From an uncultured virus (IMG/VR IMGVR_UViG_3300043464_001377) (taxonomy: Duplodnaviria; Heunggongvirae; Uroviricota; Caudoviricetes), in the IMG/VR virus record IMGVR_UViG_3300043464_001377: DNA of 33,916 bases; one strand, written 5' to 3'. The stretch's first letter is position 1, and the number at the start of each line of letters is the position of its first letter. The notes under the pieces are model-generated. The model had not been told where the DNA came from and did no database searches. It was given only the letters and a program-made list of their open reading frames with translations. The translations under genes were made by a program, and so were the position numbers. This document shows positions 1 through 9,792 of the stretch, in pieces.

Positions 1-9
1 GGAGGCGCC

Positions 10-333
10 GTGGCTAACTGGGCTTCGGGCCGACGTTCGGCGTCGGCCGAGTCGTGGCGGCTGCTGTCTCGGCTCAAGCGGCGATCAGACTCGCTGCCGC
101 CGCGAAGCGAAACGCTGATCGCCGAGGCCAGCGGTGCGCTGAAGGGCCGACGACTCGTCAAGGGCCGTGGATGGCAGCATCGGAGAACAAGCGAGGACGA
201 TCGACTCCAGATGGCGATCCTGCGGTTCGACGAAGGCGTCGGCATCGAGGAGATCGCCGAGAAGTTTAGCGTCTCGGCCGGGACCGTGTATCGAGTGATC
301 CGTGACTTTGAAACCAAGAAGGAGGAAGTCTGA
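10..333 (+). CDS. Small protein with C-terminal helix-turn-helix
   Basis: GGAGG at 1-5 before GTG; C-terminal GIEEIAEKFSVSAGTVYRVI fits an HTH pattern. Confidence 0.6.
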   Translation: MANWASGRRSASAESWRLLSRLKRRSDSLPPRSETLIAEASGALKGRRLVKGRGWQHRRTSEDDRLQMAILRFDEGVGIEEIAEKFSVSAGTVYRVIRDFETKKEEV

Positions 334-335
334 CC

Positions 336-731
336 ATGCCCAAGATCACCATCGAGATCGAAGACACGCTGCAAGAGCGTGTCGACTCGGCGATCGACGA
401 AGTTCGAGACTTGCTCAAGTCTTACGTTCGACGCGAGGAGCCCGAAGACCTGCCGTGCCTGCACAACGACCTCGACTACTCGGGAGACGTTCACTCGATC
501 ATCGACGGATCGGTGCCGTTCCGGACGAGCGAGATCGAGGCGACGTGGTACTTGCACGGCCAAGACTTGGAGGAGGCGTACGAGACCGTCGGGATCGGCA
601 CGAATCCCCGCGAGAACCATGGCATGACGGCTATCTACTGCTACATCGAGCAGAAGGTGGCTGAGTGGTATCACGGCCACGCCCAAGCAGTGTTCGATGA
701 GGCCCTCAAAGAAGAAGGAGACGACGAATGA
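336..731 (+). CDS. Acidic protein, possible Ocr (T7 gp0.3)-like DNA mimic
   Basis: 32 D/E versus 10 K/R in 131 aa; VHSIIDGSVP..SEI resembles Ocr IHMAADNAVP..ADI; acidic tail. Confidence 0.5.
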   Translation: MPKITIEIEDTLQERVDSAIDEVRDLLKSYVRREEPEDLPCLHNDLDYSGDVHSIIDGSVPFRTSEIEATWYLHGQDLEEAYETVGIGTNPRENHGMTAIYCYIEQKVAEWYHGHAQAVFDEALKEEGDDE

Positions 732-1081
732 AGAACTCGATTCGTGTGATCCATCCCTACTGGGACAACGGCTCCCTCGTGTTCGACGACCCCGCCGTGG
801 GGCTCGTCAAGGAGCCGTTCGTCGCCGGTGCGGATTCGGTGCTGGGCTCCCTGGCGGAACGAGTCCCAGGCTGCTCAGAGCAGTTCACGCTGGTGTTCTC
901 GGACGAGAAGTTCCCTGGACATCAGACGTCGTTCCGGCTCGTTGGGCCGGAGTACGGCGGCAACTGGTATGCGTGCGATGACCTGGGTGGAGTTCATGGA
1001 TGGCTCTGCCCGGCGCTCTTCAAGTACTTCGCGAAGGCGCCGGAGCGTCTCTACATCCAGATCAAGGAGTGCGAGGCATGA
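728..1081 (+). CDS. DUF6717-like hypothetical protein
   Basis: Motifs IHPY, VFDD..GL.KEPFVAGAD, GGNWY, GWLCPAL.KYF; ATGA overlap with upstream stop. Confidence 0.6.
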   Translation: MKNSIRVIHPYWDNGSLVFDDPAVGLVKEPFVAGADSVLGSLAERVPGCSEQFTLVFSDEKFPGHQTSFRLVGPEYGGNWYACDDLGGVHGWLCPALFKYFAKAPERLYIQIKECEA

Positions 1082-1395
1082 TGAAGATTGTCGTCTCCGA
1101 AACGTATCGCGTCAGCGAGCGAGTTGTGCTGGCTCGCGGCGATACGTTTCGGGCGTCGGGAGGGCCGTACTGGAAAGGCCCAAACGGCGAGAAAGTCGCC
1201 GTGAAGGCCAGAGGTCCGTACACGTTCCACTCGCACTGCGCGAAAGGCTCCTGCGAGTGGATCAACGCTACAGACCGCGACGGCCAGTACGCTGTCTTGC
1301 ATATCGCCGGGCGACGAAAAAGCCCGGCGGGGCTGGTGCCGAGGCCCCATAAGATTCTCGGCAAGAAACGAAAGGGGAAGAAAAATGCTCGCTGA
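1078..1395 (+). CDS. Hypothetical phage protein
   Basis: ATGA-coupled to upstream ORF; fills the gap in the operon. Confidence 0.6.
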   Translation: MMKIVVSETYRVSERVVLARGDTFRASGGPYWKGPNGEKVAVKARGPYTFHSHCAKGSCEWINATDRDGQYAVLHIAGRRKSPAGLVPRPHKILGKKRKGKKNAR

Positions 1396-1642
1396 TGGAC
1401 GCTCAGTGTGGGTCGCCTGGGCTGGGATATCGACCAGCGAACGGGTGGCAGTAACCGAACTTTACCAAGCCGACGTCGTGAGCGGGGCAGACCGTCTCGT
1501 GCGGCGGCGAGAAGACGGAAGGCTGCGAGTCTTGTGCTTCGAGAAAGTCTTTGAAAAAGAGGCCGAAGCGAAGTCGCACATCGCTGCCACGCTCGACTCA
1601 TATGTCTCTGCGATTCAGACGATCGCCAGTCGGTATCGGTAG
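1385..1642 (+). CDS. Hypothetical phage protein
   Basis: Overlaps upstream gene end; purine-rich SD-like sequence upstream. Confidence 0.55.
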   Translation: MLADGRSVWVAWAGISTSERVAVTELYQADVVSGADRLVRRREDGRLRVLCFEKVFEKEAEAKSHIAATLDSYVSAIQTIASRYR

Positions 1643-1688
1643 TTTTTGTACGGACACACTCTCTCGCAGAACAGAAAGGATTCTGGAC

Positions 1689-1970
1689 ATGCTCGACACG
1701 TATACCCAGGTCATCGTCGACGAGTTCCGCAAGCACGAAGCCTTCGCAGAGCGGGCCAGGAAGTGGCTCGCCGATGCCGACACGCAGTCGCTCTCGGCGT
1801 CTGAACGTGAGGCCTACCTCGCCAAGTCCATACAGGCGACGTGCCTGCTCTCCATGATGAAAGTCCGGGCGCCTGACTTCGCTCACTCGATCCTGCTCAG
1901 GGCCTTCGACGAGATCGACTGGCAGGAGGCAGCGAAGGCCCTGTATTTCGTGAAACCGGAACTCAACTAG
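1689..1970 (+). CDS. Hypothetical phage protein
   Basis: AAAGGA SD before ATG 1689. Confidence 0.6.
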   Translation: MLDTYTQVIVDEFRKHEAFAERARKWLADADTQSLSASEREAYLAKSIQATCLLSMMKVRAPDFAHSILLRAFDEIDWQEAAKALYFVKPELN

Positions 1971-1981
1971 GAGGCGTACCA

Positions 1982-2326
1982 ATGGACAAGAACAAGTTCT
2001 CCTGGCCGTTCTCGAAGCATCGGCAGTCGTGGATCGCGACGGGCGACAGGCTGATCAGCGAGGCGGCCGACGACCTCGAAGACGGCGGCGGCGGACAGCC
2101 GCTGACGCCGAAGCACTACCGGCAGTACCGTCGCGCGGCTCGTAAGTACGAGAAGTCGGCGAATTGCTACCGGAAGGCGGGGCTCGGCGCCATGGCCCTG
2201 GCCTCGTGGCAGGACGCGGCTGAGTGCTGGGCAGCAATCGGCGACGCCAAAGAGTTCGCACGGTGCGAGCAGGAAGAACTGTCGATCGACGTGTACTGGG
2301 AGGAGGACGAAAACGATGCCGCTTGA
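1982..2326 (+). CDS. Hypothetical helical protein
   Basis: GGAGG SD before ATG; overlaps start of the helicase. Confidence 0.6.
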   Translation: MDKNKFSWPFSKHRQSWIATGDRLISEAADDLEDGGGGQPLTPKHYRQYRRAARKYEKSANCYRKAGLGAMALASWQDAAECWAAIGDAKEFARCEQEELSIDVYWEEDENDAA

Positions 2327-3677
2327 GCCGTGGCCGCACCAACTCGACGAGGCCGACTGGATCACTCAGCGACTGTGGGCGTATCTCAACGGCGACATGG
2401 GAACAGGCAAGACCGGCGCTTGCCTGATCGCGATGCGTGCCTGCCAGCGAGTGCTGGTCTGCTGCCCGATCGCCGTTGGGCCCGCCTGGGTCAAGCAAGT
2501 CGGCCTGTGGGACTCAGGCCGCGAGACGTGCCTCGTCGTCGACGGCTCGTCGAAGGCGAGAGCCAAGGCCGTCGAGAAGGTCGCAGCCCGAGACAATCGG
2601 TTCGTCGTGGTCACCAACTACGACGCCGTTTGGCGGGGCGAACTTGGCAAGCAGATCGAGGCCGTGCAGTGGGACGCCATCGTGCTGGACGAGTCGCACC
2701 TTGTGAAGAGCCCGTCTGGAAAGCGGTCGCGATGGCTCGCAAAACTCGCCGCCAGGCACAAGAACGCCAAGAGAATCTGCCTGTCTGGCACGCCGTGCCC
2801 CAACTCGCCGCTGGACTGGTGGGCCCAGTTCCGCTTCCTGAATCCCGAGATTCTCGGCGGCTCGTACACGGCGTTCCGGTCGCGAATCGCGAACACGCAT
2901 CCCCGTCACCCGGCGTGGGTCATTGATTTCAAGCCCGAGGCGATCCAGGCCCTGAGCAAGAGACTTGATCCGCATGTCTATCGAGTCACGGCCGATCAAG
3001 TCTTGACCCTGCCAGATGCCATTCACACTGACATCGTCGTGTCATTGCCTGCGGACGCGAGAAAATACTACGAGGCGATCGAGGACGAGATGGTCGCCAC
3101 CCTCGATACGGGCGAGACCGTGACGGCAGCGAACAAACTCGTCGTCATCGGAAAACTCCAGCAGGCGACGTCTGGCTTCGCCGTGACGAGCGAAGGACAA
3201 CTCGTGCCCGTCTCGTCGAAGAACCCCAAGCGAGAGGCGTTGCGAGAGTGGCTTGAGTGCCTGCCTGCGAATGAGCCCGTCGTGATCTTCTGCAAGTTCA
3301 TCTCTGATCTCGACGCATGCCGTGACGTGCTTCGTGAACTGGGTCGCTCGTCGTCGGAACTCTCAGGCCGAGAAAAATCTCTTGACCAATGGCAGCGTGG
3401 CGATACAACTGCCCTGGTAGTGCAGCAGCAGGCTGGCGGCGTCGGCGTCGACATGACGCGGTCGTGCTACTGCCTGTACTACTCGCTGTCGCACTCGCTC
3501 GGTGACTTCGAGCAGTCGACGGCACGAATCCGTCGGCCGGGGCAAACTCGGCCGTGCCGGTTCTATCATCTCGTCGCCGAGAACACGGTCGACGAGGCGA
3601 TCTATCGAGCGTTGCAAGAAAAAAGGGACGTCGCCGAGGCTGTGTACTCGCGGCTCACACGGAGGGTTCCCGCATGA
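2316..3677 (+). CDS. SNF2-like superfamily 2 helicase
   Basis: Walker A MGTGKT, motif II LDESH, motif III LSGTP, motif V AGGVGVD, motif VI QSTARIRRPGQ. Confidence 0.92.
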   Translation: MPLEPWPHQLDEADWITQRLWAYLNGDMGTGKTGACLIAMRACQRVLVCCPIAVGPAWVKQVGLWDSGRETCLVVDGSSKARAKAVEKVAARDNRFVVVTNYDAVWRGELGKQIEAVQWDAIVLDESHLVKSPSGKRSRWLAKLAARHKNAKRICLSGTPCPNSPLDWWAQFRFLNPEILGGSYTAFRSRIANTHPRHPAWVIDFKPEAIQALSKRLDPHVYRVTADQVLTLPDAIHTDIVVSLPADARKYYEAIEDEMVATLDTGETVTAANKLVVIGKLQQATSGFAVTSEGQLVPVSSKNPKREALREWLECLPANEPVVIFCKFISDLDACRDVLRELGRSSSELSGREKSLDQWQRGDTTALVVQQQAGGVGVDMTRSCYCLYYSLSHSLGDFEQSTARIRRPGQTRPCRFYHLVAENTVDEAIYRALQEKRDVAEAVYSRLTRRVPA

Positions 3678-4531
3678 TTGTTAGTACGGACACGCTTCCC
3701 GGCGTCATCGACACGAAGAACGCGCCGTTCATCGACGTGGACATGCCGAACGAGGCCTACCACGCCGAGAAGCACCACATCAGCCGCTCGACGGCGCACC
3801 GCTACGCCGACGACGACATGGGCGGTCGGTCGCAACGGTACGCCGAGCAGGGCGGCTCGCTCTTCGGTGGCAACTCAAGCACGGGCTTCGGCACGATCGT
3901 CGACGTGGCCTGCGGGGCCGAGATGCGTGGCGTTGACTGGCGGTCCCAGGTCGCCGTGCCGCCGGATAACGTGCTGGCGTCGGACGGTTCACGGCGAGGA
4001 AAGGCATATCAAGAGTGGAAGGCGACGCTGCCCGCTGGGTTCTGCGAGTGCAACGCCACAGACTACGCGAAAGTTCAGGACATCATCGCCTCGATCTACG
4101 AGCATGACGCTGCCAAGGCCCTCGTCGAAGCCGCGACGCACTCCCAGTACAGCGTGTTCTGGACGGACTCTGACGGTCACGCCCGCAAGGCCCGAGCCGA
4201 CGGCGTCACGCCGCGAGGGTGGTTCGACCTCAAGACCACGAGCAGCGAGTGGCGAGACTTGAAGTGGAGTTTCCTCCGCTTCGGCTACGACTGGCAGGCC
4301 GTCTGGTATGCCGACGCCGCCCGCGTGGCTGGCTTCGAGCCGTTCGATTTCCCCTTCATCGTCGTGCAGACCTTCGCGCCGTTCAATGTCAAGGTCGTGA
4401 CGCTGCCGGGCGACGTGCTGGCAAGGGCCGCCGACGAGATCAAGCGGACGCTGGATGCAGTCCGCACCCGACGCGAGACGGGCATCTACGTGCCCGCTTC
4501 GTATCACGCCGTGCAAGAGTTGGTGTTTTAG
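3674..4531 (+). CDS. PD-(D/E)XK exonuclease, RecE/ExoVIII (DUF3799)-like
   Basis: NEAYHA..ISRS, RKARAD, FDLKTT and GYDWQAVWY motifs; ATGA coupling at 3674. Confidence 0.85.
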   Translation: MIVSTDTLPGVIDTKNAPFIDVDMPNEAYHAEKHHISRSTAHRYADDDMGGRSQRYAEQGGSLFGGNSSTGFGTIVDVACGAEMRGVDWRSQVAVPPDNVLASDGSRRGKAYQEWKATLPAGFCECNATDYAKVQDIIASIYEHDAAKALVEAATHSQYSVFWTDSDGHARKARADGVTPRGWFDLKTTSSEWRDLKWSFLRFGYDWQAVWYADAARVAGFEPFDFPFIVVQTFAPFNVKVVTLPGDVLARAADEIKRTLDAVRTRRETGIYVPASYHAVQELVF

Positions 4532-4565
4532 TTGTCTGGATACGATTCCTTACGGAGGCTCAAAA

Positions 4566-5363
4566 ATGAGCAATGGTCTGTCGGTTGTCGGTTCGTTCCG
4601 TGCCCTCGAAGAGGGCAACGCTGCGGCGGCTCTCCTCGAAGCCAATCTCGGCGGCGCGGCGCTTCGCAGCAGTGACCTGACGTGGGTCAAAATCCCCACC
4701 GGCGGCGCGACACGATGGTCGTGGTCAAACAAGGCCGGTGCTGAGTTCAGTGAGAAGGCGATCACGGGCTTGCTCGTCGTCGTCAGCAAGACTGAGCAAG
4801 TCTTGTGGCCGCATGCTGACGCCACGAGCGGCAGCAGGCCGCTGCTCGTCTCGCTCGACGGTGCGACGGCCCACAAGGTCGGCAGCGACTACGGCGACCT
4901 CGATCCGAACGTGATCGAGGCGGCGAAGCGGGCCGACGGCACCTATGACTGCCGGAAGATTTCCTACTTCCAGTGGCAGGGCCGTGGGGCGGGCTCGAAG
5001 CCGCCGCGTGCCAAGTCCAGCCGCGTGCTGGGCGTTCTCCGCGAGGAGGACAATCAGCCGGTGTTCGTGCGGGTGAGTTCGACGAGCCTGCGGGCCGTCG
5101 ACGATCTCCTGCGGGGCATCACGGCCGAGGGCCTGTTCCACTTCCGAGCGATCGTGGAACTGACCCTGGAGAAGCGGAAGGGCGCCAGGGCGGACTACGC
5201 CGTCCTTGTCGCCAAGTCAGTCGGCTCCGTCGACGAGCAGACTGGCCTGCTCGCGAAGAGTCGGTTCACGGACACGATGACCAACGTCGTGTGCCCGCCG
5301 GTTGAGGACCGTGTCTCGCGGTCGCAGTCGGTCGCCTCGTCGACGGACGACGTCCCGTTCTGA
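4566..5363 (+). CDS. Putative ssDNA-binding/annealing protein
   Basis: Follows the exonuclease; SSB-type acidic-aromatic C-terminal tip DDVPF; GGAGG SD. Confidence 0.55.
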   Translation: MSNGLSVVGSFRALEEGNAAAALLEANLGGAALRSSDLTWVKIPTGGATRWSWSNKAGAEFSEKAITGLLVVVSKTEQVLWPHADATSGSRPLLVSLDGATAHKVGSDYGDLDPNVIEAAKRADGTYDCRKISYFQWQGRGAGSKPPRAKSSRVLGVLREEDNQPVFVRVSSTSLRAVDDLLRGITAEGLFHFRAIVELTLEKRKGARADYAVLVAKSVGSVDEQTGLLAKSRFTDTMTNVVCPPVEDRVSRSQSVASSTDDVPF

Positions 5364-5395
5364 TCTAGGCGGCTCGGGTTTTTCTCCTTCCCGCA

Positions 5396-5458
5396 CCCCT
5401 CGCCGTGCATACGCCGTCAAAAAGCGACACGGCGAGGGGGCCGCTTTTTCGTTTTTTC
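5396..5458 (+). terminator. GC-rich hairpin followed by T-tracts (terminator/attenuator)
   Basis: CCCCTCGCCGTG (5396-5407) pairs perfectly with CACGGCGAGGGG (5428-5439); TTTTTCGTTTTTT follows. Confidence 0.55.
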
Positions 5459-5482
5459 GTCTCTACCATGGAGGGTTCATTC

Positions 5483-7105
5483 GTGAGTTACGATTACAAC
5501 GCAGATCGCATCTTTTCCGAAGTCTCGTCGCTTGCTGCCAGGGGCTGGAAGATCGTCAGGCTCTGGGGCGTCAGGGACAACTTCACCTGTACGTGCGGGC
5601 GTCCTGACTGCCCAACGCCTGGGAAGCATCCGCACGGCGGCGGCGGCTGGCCTGATCGAGCCACTGACGACGAGTCGCAAATCTGGTCGTGGCTCGAAGA
5701 CGTCGAGGAACACACCCGCTCGAACTTCGGCGTCAGGCTCGGGGCCTCTTCGGGCGTGATCGACGTCGAGTTTGACTCGCCGGAGGCCGAGCAAGTTTTG
5801 AAACGGTACGGCCTGCACACGATCGACACGCCCACGTACTCCAGCGGACGTGGCGAGCATCGGATTTTCCAGTACTCGATCGGCCTGCCCGACGCTGGTG
5901 TCGTCAAGGTTGAGGGCCTGGAGGTCCGCATCGGCGGCGGCGACGCCGCGAGCCAGTCGGTGATTCCGCCGTCGTGGCACAAAAGTGGCAAGCAGTACCA
6001 GTGGTTGCCAGGCAAGAGTCCAGACGACTGCAATCCGGCCGTCCTGCCAGACGCCTTCATGGCGGCGATCCTCGACTCGTCGAAGAGGAAGGGCTCAGGC
6101 CTCGTGGCCCAGGCTCGCGAGACTCTCGGAGGCGACGAGGCCGTCAAGGAAGGCGGACGGCATGCGTTCTTGGTTGGCGCGGCCAGTTGGCTCTGCGCTC
6201 GCGTCGGAGAATACACGACGGCCAACCTCAAGATGGTCGCTACCCTGCTCGAAGGGGCGAACGCCGCGAGATGTCAGCCACCGAAGAGCCAGGACGAGGT
6301 CGTGAAGATCGCGAAAGACCAGTTTCTGCACTACCAGCAGAAGCAGATCGAGCGGAAGTCCAAGCGTCCGTTCGAGCGATACGGCCTCGCCTGGAACCAC
6401 GAGGACGGATGCTGGGAGCCAGGAGCGTGGCGGCTCACGATCGTCGAGAGCGACCCGCCTGAATACAAACTTCATGTCCCGTCGCCCAGCAACCCGCGAC
6501 GGAGCGTGGCCGTCCTGCTAGACGCCGACGAGATCACGAGATCACGAGACGTCGCCGTGGCGATTCTGGAGGCCACGAAGAGCGTCGACGTGCTTGATCC
6601 GAACCCGGCCCGCTGGGCGAAGACCTGGGACGGAGAGAACCTCCGTAACGAGGACGGAGGCTGGCGGACGATCCGTGGCCTGAAGTGCAAACTGTTCGAC
6701 GACGCCGATCGCGAGATTCCTCCGATCGAGGCCAACGAAGCGGTCAACCACGCCCAGATTCTGTACCAGTACCTCCGTTTTGGGTTCGCCAAGACCGAGG
6801 GCGGCGAGAGCGAGAGCGACCGTCTCCCGAACCACTCCGGCGTGCCGAAGTGGATTCAGGACAAGAAGGGCCGCTGGGGTCTGTGGCTGAAGTGGAACGA
6901 GGCCGTGTACGCCGCGTGGAGAAAGCGTGGACTCCAGCAGCCTGGGCAGAAAATCACGCGACCCCTGAAGAGGCTCGTCCTCGAAGAGGTCGGAGAGAAG
7001 GATTTCGAGACCGACGCGAAGCGGTTCGACGGAGGATCGTCACGCTGGTTCATTCTCCGCGACCATCATCTGGAGGCCCTCGAACGTCTTTCCGGCTCTA
7101 TATAG
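5483..7105 (+). CDS. Bifunctional primase/polymerase (Prim-Pol) with PriCT-like domain
   Basis: CTCGRPDCPTPGKHP, NFGVRLG, VIDVE, SGRGEHRIF, VIPPSWH..G..YQW; EGGRH PriCT-like motif; GGAGGG SD before GTG 5483. Confidence 0.88.
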   Translation: MSYDYNADRIFSEVSSLAARGWKIVRLWGVRDNFTCTCGRPDCPTPGKHPHGGGGWPDRATDDESQIWSWLEDVEEHTRSNFGVRLGASSGVIDVEFDSPEAEQVLKRYGLHTIDTPTYSSGRGEHRIFQYSIGLPDAGVVKVEGLEVRIGGGDAASQSVIPPSWHKSGKQYQWLPGKSPDDCNPAVLPDAFMAAILDSSKRKGSGLVAQARETLGGDEAVKEGGRHAFLVGAASWLCARVGEYTTANLKMVATLLEGANAARCQPPKSQDEVVKIAKDQFLHYQQKQIERKSKRPFERYGLAWNHEDGCWEPGAWRLTIVESDPPEYKLHVPSPSNPRRSVAVLLDADEITRSRDVAVAILEATKSVDVLDPNPARWAKTWDGENLRNEDGGWRTIRGLKCKLFDDADREIPPIEANEAVNHAQILYQYLRFGFAKTEGGESESDRLPNHSGVPKWIQDKKGRWGLWLKWNEAVYAAWRKRGLQQPGQKITRPLKRLVLEEVGEKDFETDAKRFDGGSSRWFILRDHHLEALERLSGSI

Positions 7106-7260
7106 GGAAATAATTAGGACTATGAAAGCAAAAGTAGAAGTCTACAAGTCAGAAACGGGAGTAAAGCGTTATCAGATATAGAGTTAGGTCTCCTATATAG
7201 ACAAGAACTTGGACGGTACTTGAACAGTTTCTGGGTCTCATTCATCCACGGAGGGAAACA
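7097..7260. other. AT-rich intergenic segment, candidate replication origin
   Basis: Visibly AT-rich against a GC-rich background; lies between primase and helicase; 10-bp inverted repeat TCTATATAGG (7097-7106)/CCTATATAGA (7192-7201). Confidence 0.45.
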
Positions 7261-7263
7261 AGC

Positions 7264-9792
7264 ATGGCGACGGTAGAGCGAGCAATCGGCGGGGCTGGCA
7301 CTGGGAAGACGAGGCTGATCCTCGATCGGCTCTCCCAGGCCAAGCGGGAACTGGGCCTGGGCGTCCACGAGATCGGCTTCTGCACCTTCACGAGGGCAGG
7401 CAGGGCCGAGATCGCTGGGCGGGCTGCCGCTGAGTGGAACGTCGACGTGGACGCCCTTACGAGCCACGGCTGGTTCCGGACGGCCCACGCGATCGCCTAC
7501 CGTCAGGTCAGCGTGGCCGACGGGCAACTCATCCAGGGCCGCGACGGCGACCAGTTCGTCTCGGACTCCGTCGGGGGCGTGATCAGCACGAGGATCGACG
7601 GTCGCGGCGAGCGGCAGTACATCTCAGGCGAGGGCGACGACAAGTCGATCCCGCTCTCGCTGAAGGCCTGGGAACTGGCTCGCAGCAAGATGACCAGCGT
7701 CCAGTCGATCCTGGCACGGTGGGACTTGTGCGGCGAGGAAACGCCGACACTCGCCGACGCCCGTCGCACGATCGAGAAGTACGAGAACGCCAAGAAGGCC
7801 CACGACCGTCTCGATTTCACGGACGTGATTTCCAGGTTCGCGGGCGTCCGCTACACGGTGGACGGGCCGTACCGGGTCGAGCCCGAGGGCGACGTGCCCG
7901 AGGGGCTTCGTGTCCTGGCGATCGACGAGGCCCAGGACTCGTCGACCCTCGTCGATCTCGTCTGCAAGCGGCTCGCCGCGAGTCCGACGATCGAGCGAAT
8001 CTGGCTGTGTGGCGACCCGTACCAATGCCAGCCAGCCGGAACGCCTGTCCTGACGTTGTCTGGATACAAGAATATCGAAGACCTCGACCCGTCGACGGAC
8101 AAACTCGTCTCGTTCAGCCGCAGGGAAGGCAGGTTCTACGGTGCGAATGGCTTCGAGATCGCAAACCGCGAAGTTGACTCTTCTAGTCTGATCGAAATCA
8201 CGCTCGCCGACGGTACGAAGCACGTCTCCACGGACAGCCACAAATGGGTCGTCAGGACTCGCGGAAAGAAAAATGCGTTCGCAACGTACCTCATGTCTCG
8301 CGACGGCCGCTGGAGAGTCGGGACCGTCCAGATGTTTGCCGGAAAGACTTCCGACAGGAACGGATCGTTCAGGCTCAAGATGCGTATGAATCAAGAGGAC
8401 GCTAAACGCGCGTGGATTCTTGGCGTCTTCGAGACAGACCGCGAGGCCAGATGCTACGAGCAGATCGTCTCGTGTAAGTACGGCATACCGCAGGTCACGT
8501 TTCGTCCAGTCTCAGGAGGCAGGAGCAATCTCGACAAGGGATACATAGAGGCAGTGTTCGAGTCGCTTGGAGACTTGACTGCCAGCGGCTGTAGGTGTCT
8601 GAGAGACCACGGCCTCGACGCTGAATCTCCTCTTTGCGAGAAGGCCGACCGTTGCAAGAACGGGCATCATGCGAGCAGGCTCGTTCACGCATCGAACTTG
8701 CTGCCTGGAATCCACTACGTTCCGAAGATGACCGACCCCGGCCGGGGAATCACAGCAAGGCGGTGCGAGTGGGTTGAGGTCGTGGCGTGCAGGAGGCTTC
8801 CCGCTGGCGAGAAAGTCCGAGTCTGGAGCATGAATGTTCACAAGCATCACACGTACGTGACAACAAGCGGTGTTGTCACAGGCAACTCGATCCACAGTTT
8901 TGCCGGGGGCGACTACACGCACTTCATGTCCTGGGAGGCGACCGAGTCGACCATGCAACGGTCCTACCGCTGCCCACGGCAAGTCCTGGCCCTGGGCGAG
9001 GCCTGCCTGCGGCAGATGACGAAGGGATACCGGGACCGTCAAATCCAGCACGCCGGGCACGACGGCTCCGTGAGCCGCGTCGGCAGTGCCGAGGAGGCCC
9101 TGTCTCGCCTGTCGGCCAACACGTCGGCCCTCATCCTGGGACGCTGTGCCTACTCGCTCGAAGAGTACGAGGCGATCCTCCAGGCCAAAGGCATGCCGTA
9201 CCTGTGGATCGACAAGACCTCCGGCTCTTCTACGTTGTCTGGATACGCGGCCCTGTGGGGACTCCAGCACGGACAAACGATCTCGGGCGACGACTGGGCG
9301 AACGCCGTCCAGGCGATCGCTGTGAAGAGCGGCGAGCATGGCGAACTGCTCACTCGCGGCACCAAGACGGCATGGAAGAGCGGCAAGATGTCGCACGTCG
9401 ATCTGATTCGTCCAACGACAGACGACTACGAACTGATCGGCGTCACGCCGTCGCTGGCAACGCTGATCTCGCAGGGCCGCTGGCATCTGGCGATCGAGCC
9501 CAAGTCAGCCGATCGGGCGAGGATTTGGCTGGACACGGCAACTCGCTACGGCGAGGAGGTCGCTACGAACCCGCCTATCCGGCTGTCGACGATTCACGGC
9601 GCCAAAGGCCTGGAGGCCGACACGGTGATCCTGTCGTCGATCACGAGCCCGAGCGTCGAGCGGTCTCGCAACGCCCTGGCTGACTTGCACGACGAGGAGT
9701 GCCGCGTGGCCTACGTGGCGGTCACGAGGGCCAAGAAGGATTTCATGTTCGTCGACGACGGATACCGCTACCGCATGGATTTGCCGCTATGA
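7264..9792 (+). CDS. UvrD/Rep-like superfamily 1 helicase, intein-containing
   Basis: GGAGTGKT, CTFTRA, FRTAHA, IDEAQD, GDPYQ/SIHSF, SYRCP, LSTIHGAKGLE, YVAVTRAK. Confidence 0.93.
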   Translation: MATVERAIGGAGTGKTRLILDRLSQAKRELGLGVHEIGFCTFTRAGRAEIAGRAAAEWNVDVDALTSHGWFRTAHAIAYRQVSVADGQLIQGRDGDQFVSDSVGGVISTRIDGRGERQYISGEGDDKSIPLSLKAWELARSKMTSVQSILARWDLCGEETPTLADARRTIEKYENAKKAHDRLDFTDVISRFAGVRYTVDGPYRVEPEGDVPEGLRVLAIDEAQDSSTLVDLVCKRLAASPTIERIWLCGDPYQCQPAGTPVLTLSGYKNIEDLDPSTDKLVSFSRREGRFYGANGFEIANREVDSSSLIEITLADGTKHVSTDSHKWVVRTRGKKNAFATYLMSRDGRWRVGTVQMFAGKTSDRNGSFRLKMRMNQEDAKRAWILGVFETDREARCYEQIVSCKYGIPQVTFRPVSGGRSNLDKGYIEAVFESLGDLTASGCRCLRDHGLDAESPLCEKADRCKNGHHASRLVHASNLLPGIHYVPKMTDPGRGITARRCEWVEVVACRRLPAGEKVRVWSMNVHKHHTYVTTSGVVTGNSIHSFAGGDYTHFMSWEATESTMQRSYRCPRQVLALGEACLRQMTKGYRDRQIQHAGHDGSVSRVGSAEEALSRLSANTSALILGRCAYSLEEYEAILQAKGMPYLWIDKTSGSSTLSGYAALWGLQHGQTISGDDWANAVQAIAVKSGEHGELLTRGTKTAWKSGKMSHVDLIRPTTDDYELIGVTPSLATLISQGRWHLAIEPKSADRARIWLDTATRYGEEVATNPPIRLSTIHGAKGLEADTVILSSITSPSVERSRNALADLHDEECRVAYVAVTRAKKDFMFVDDGYRYRMDLPL
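8026..8886 (+). mobile_element. Intein (287 aa) in helicase motif III
   Basis: Splits GDPYQ|SIHSF; starts CQPAGTPVLT; block B TDSHKW; ends HTYVTTSGVVTGN followed by Ser. Confidence 0.92.
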
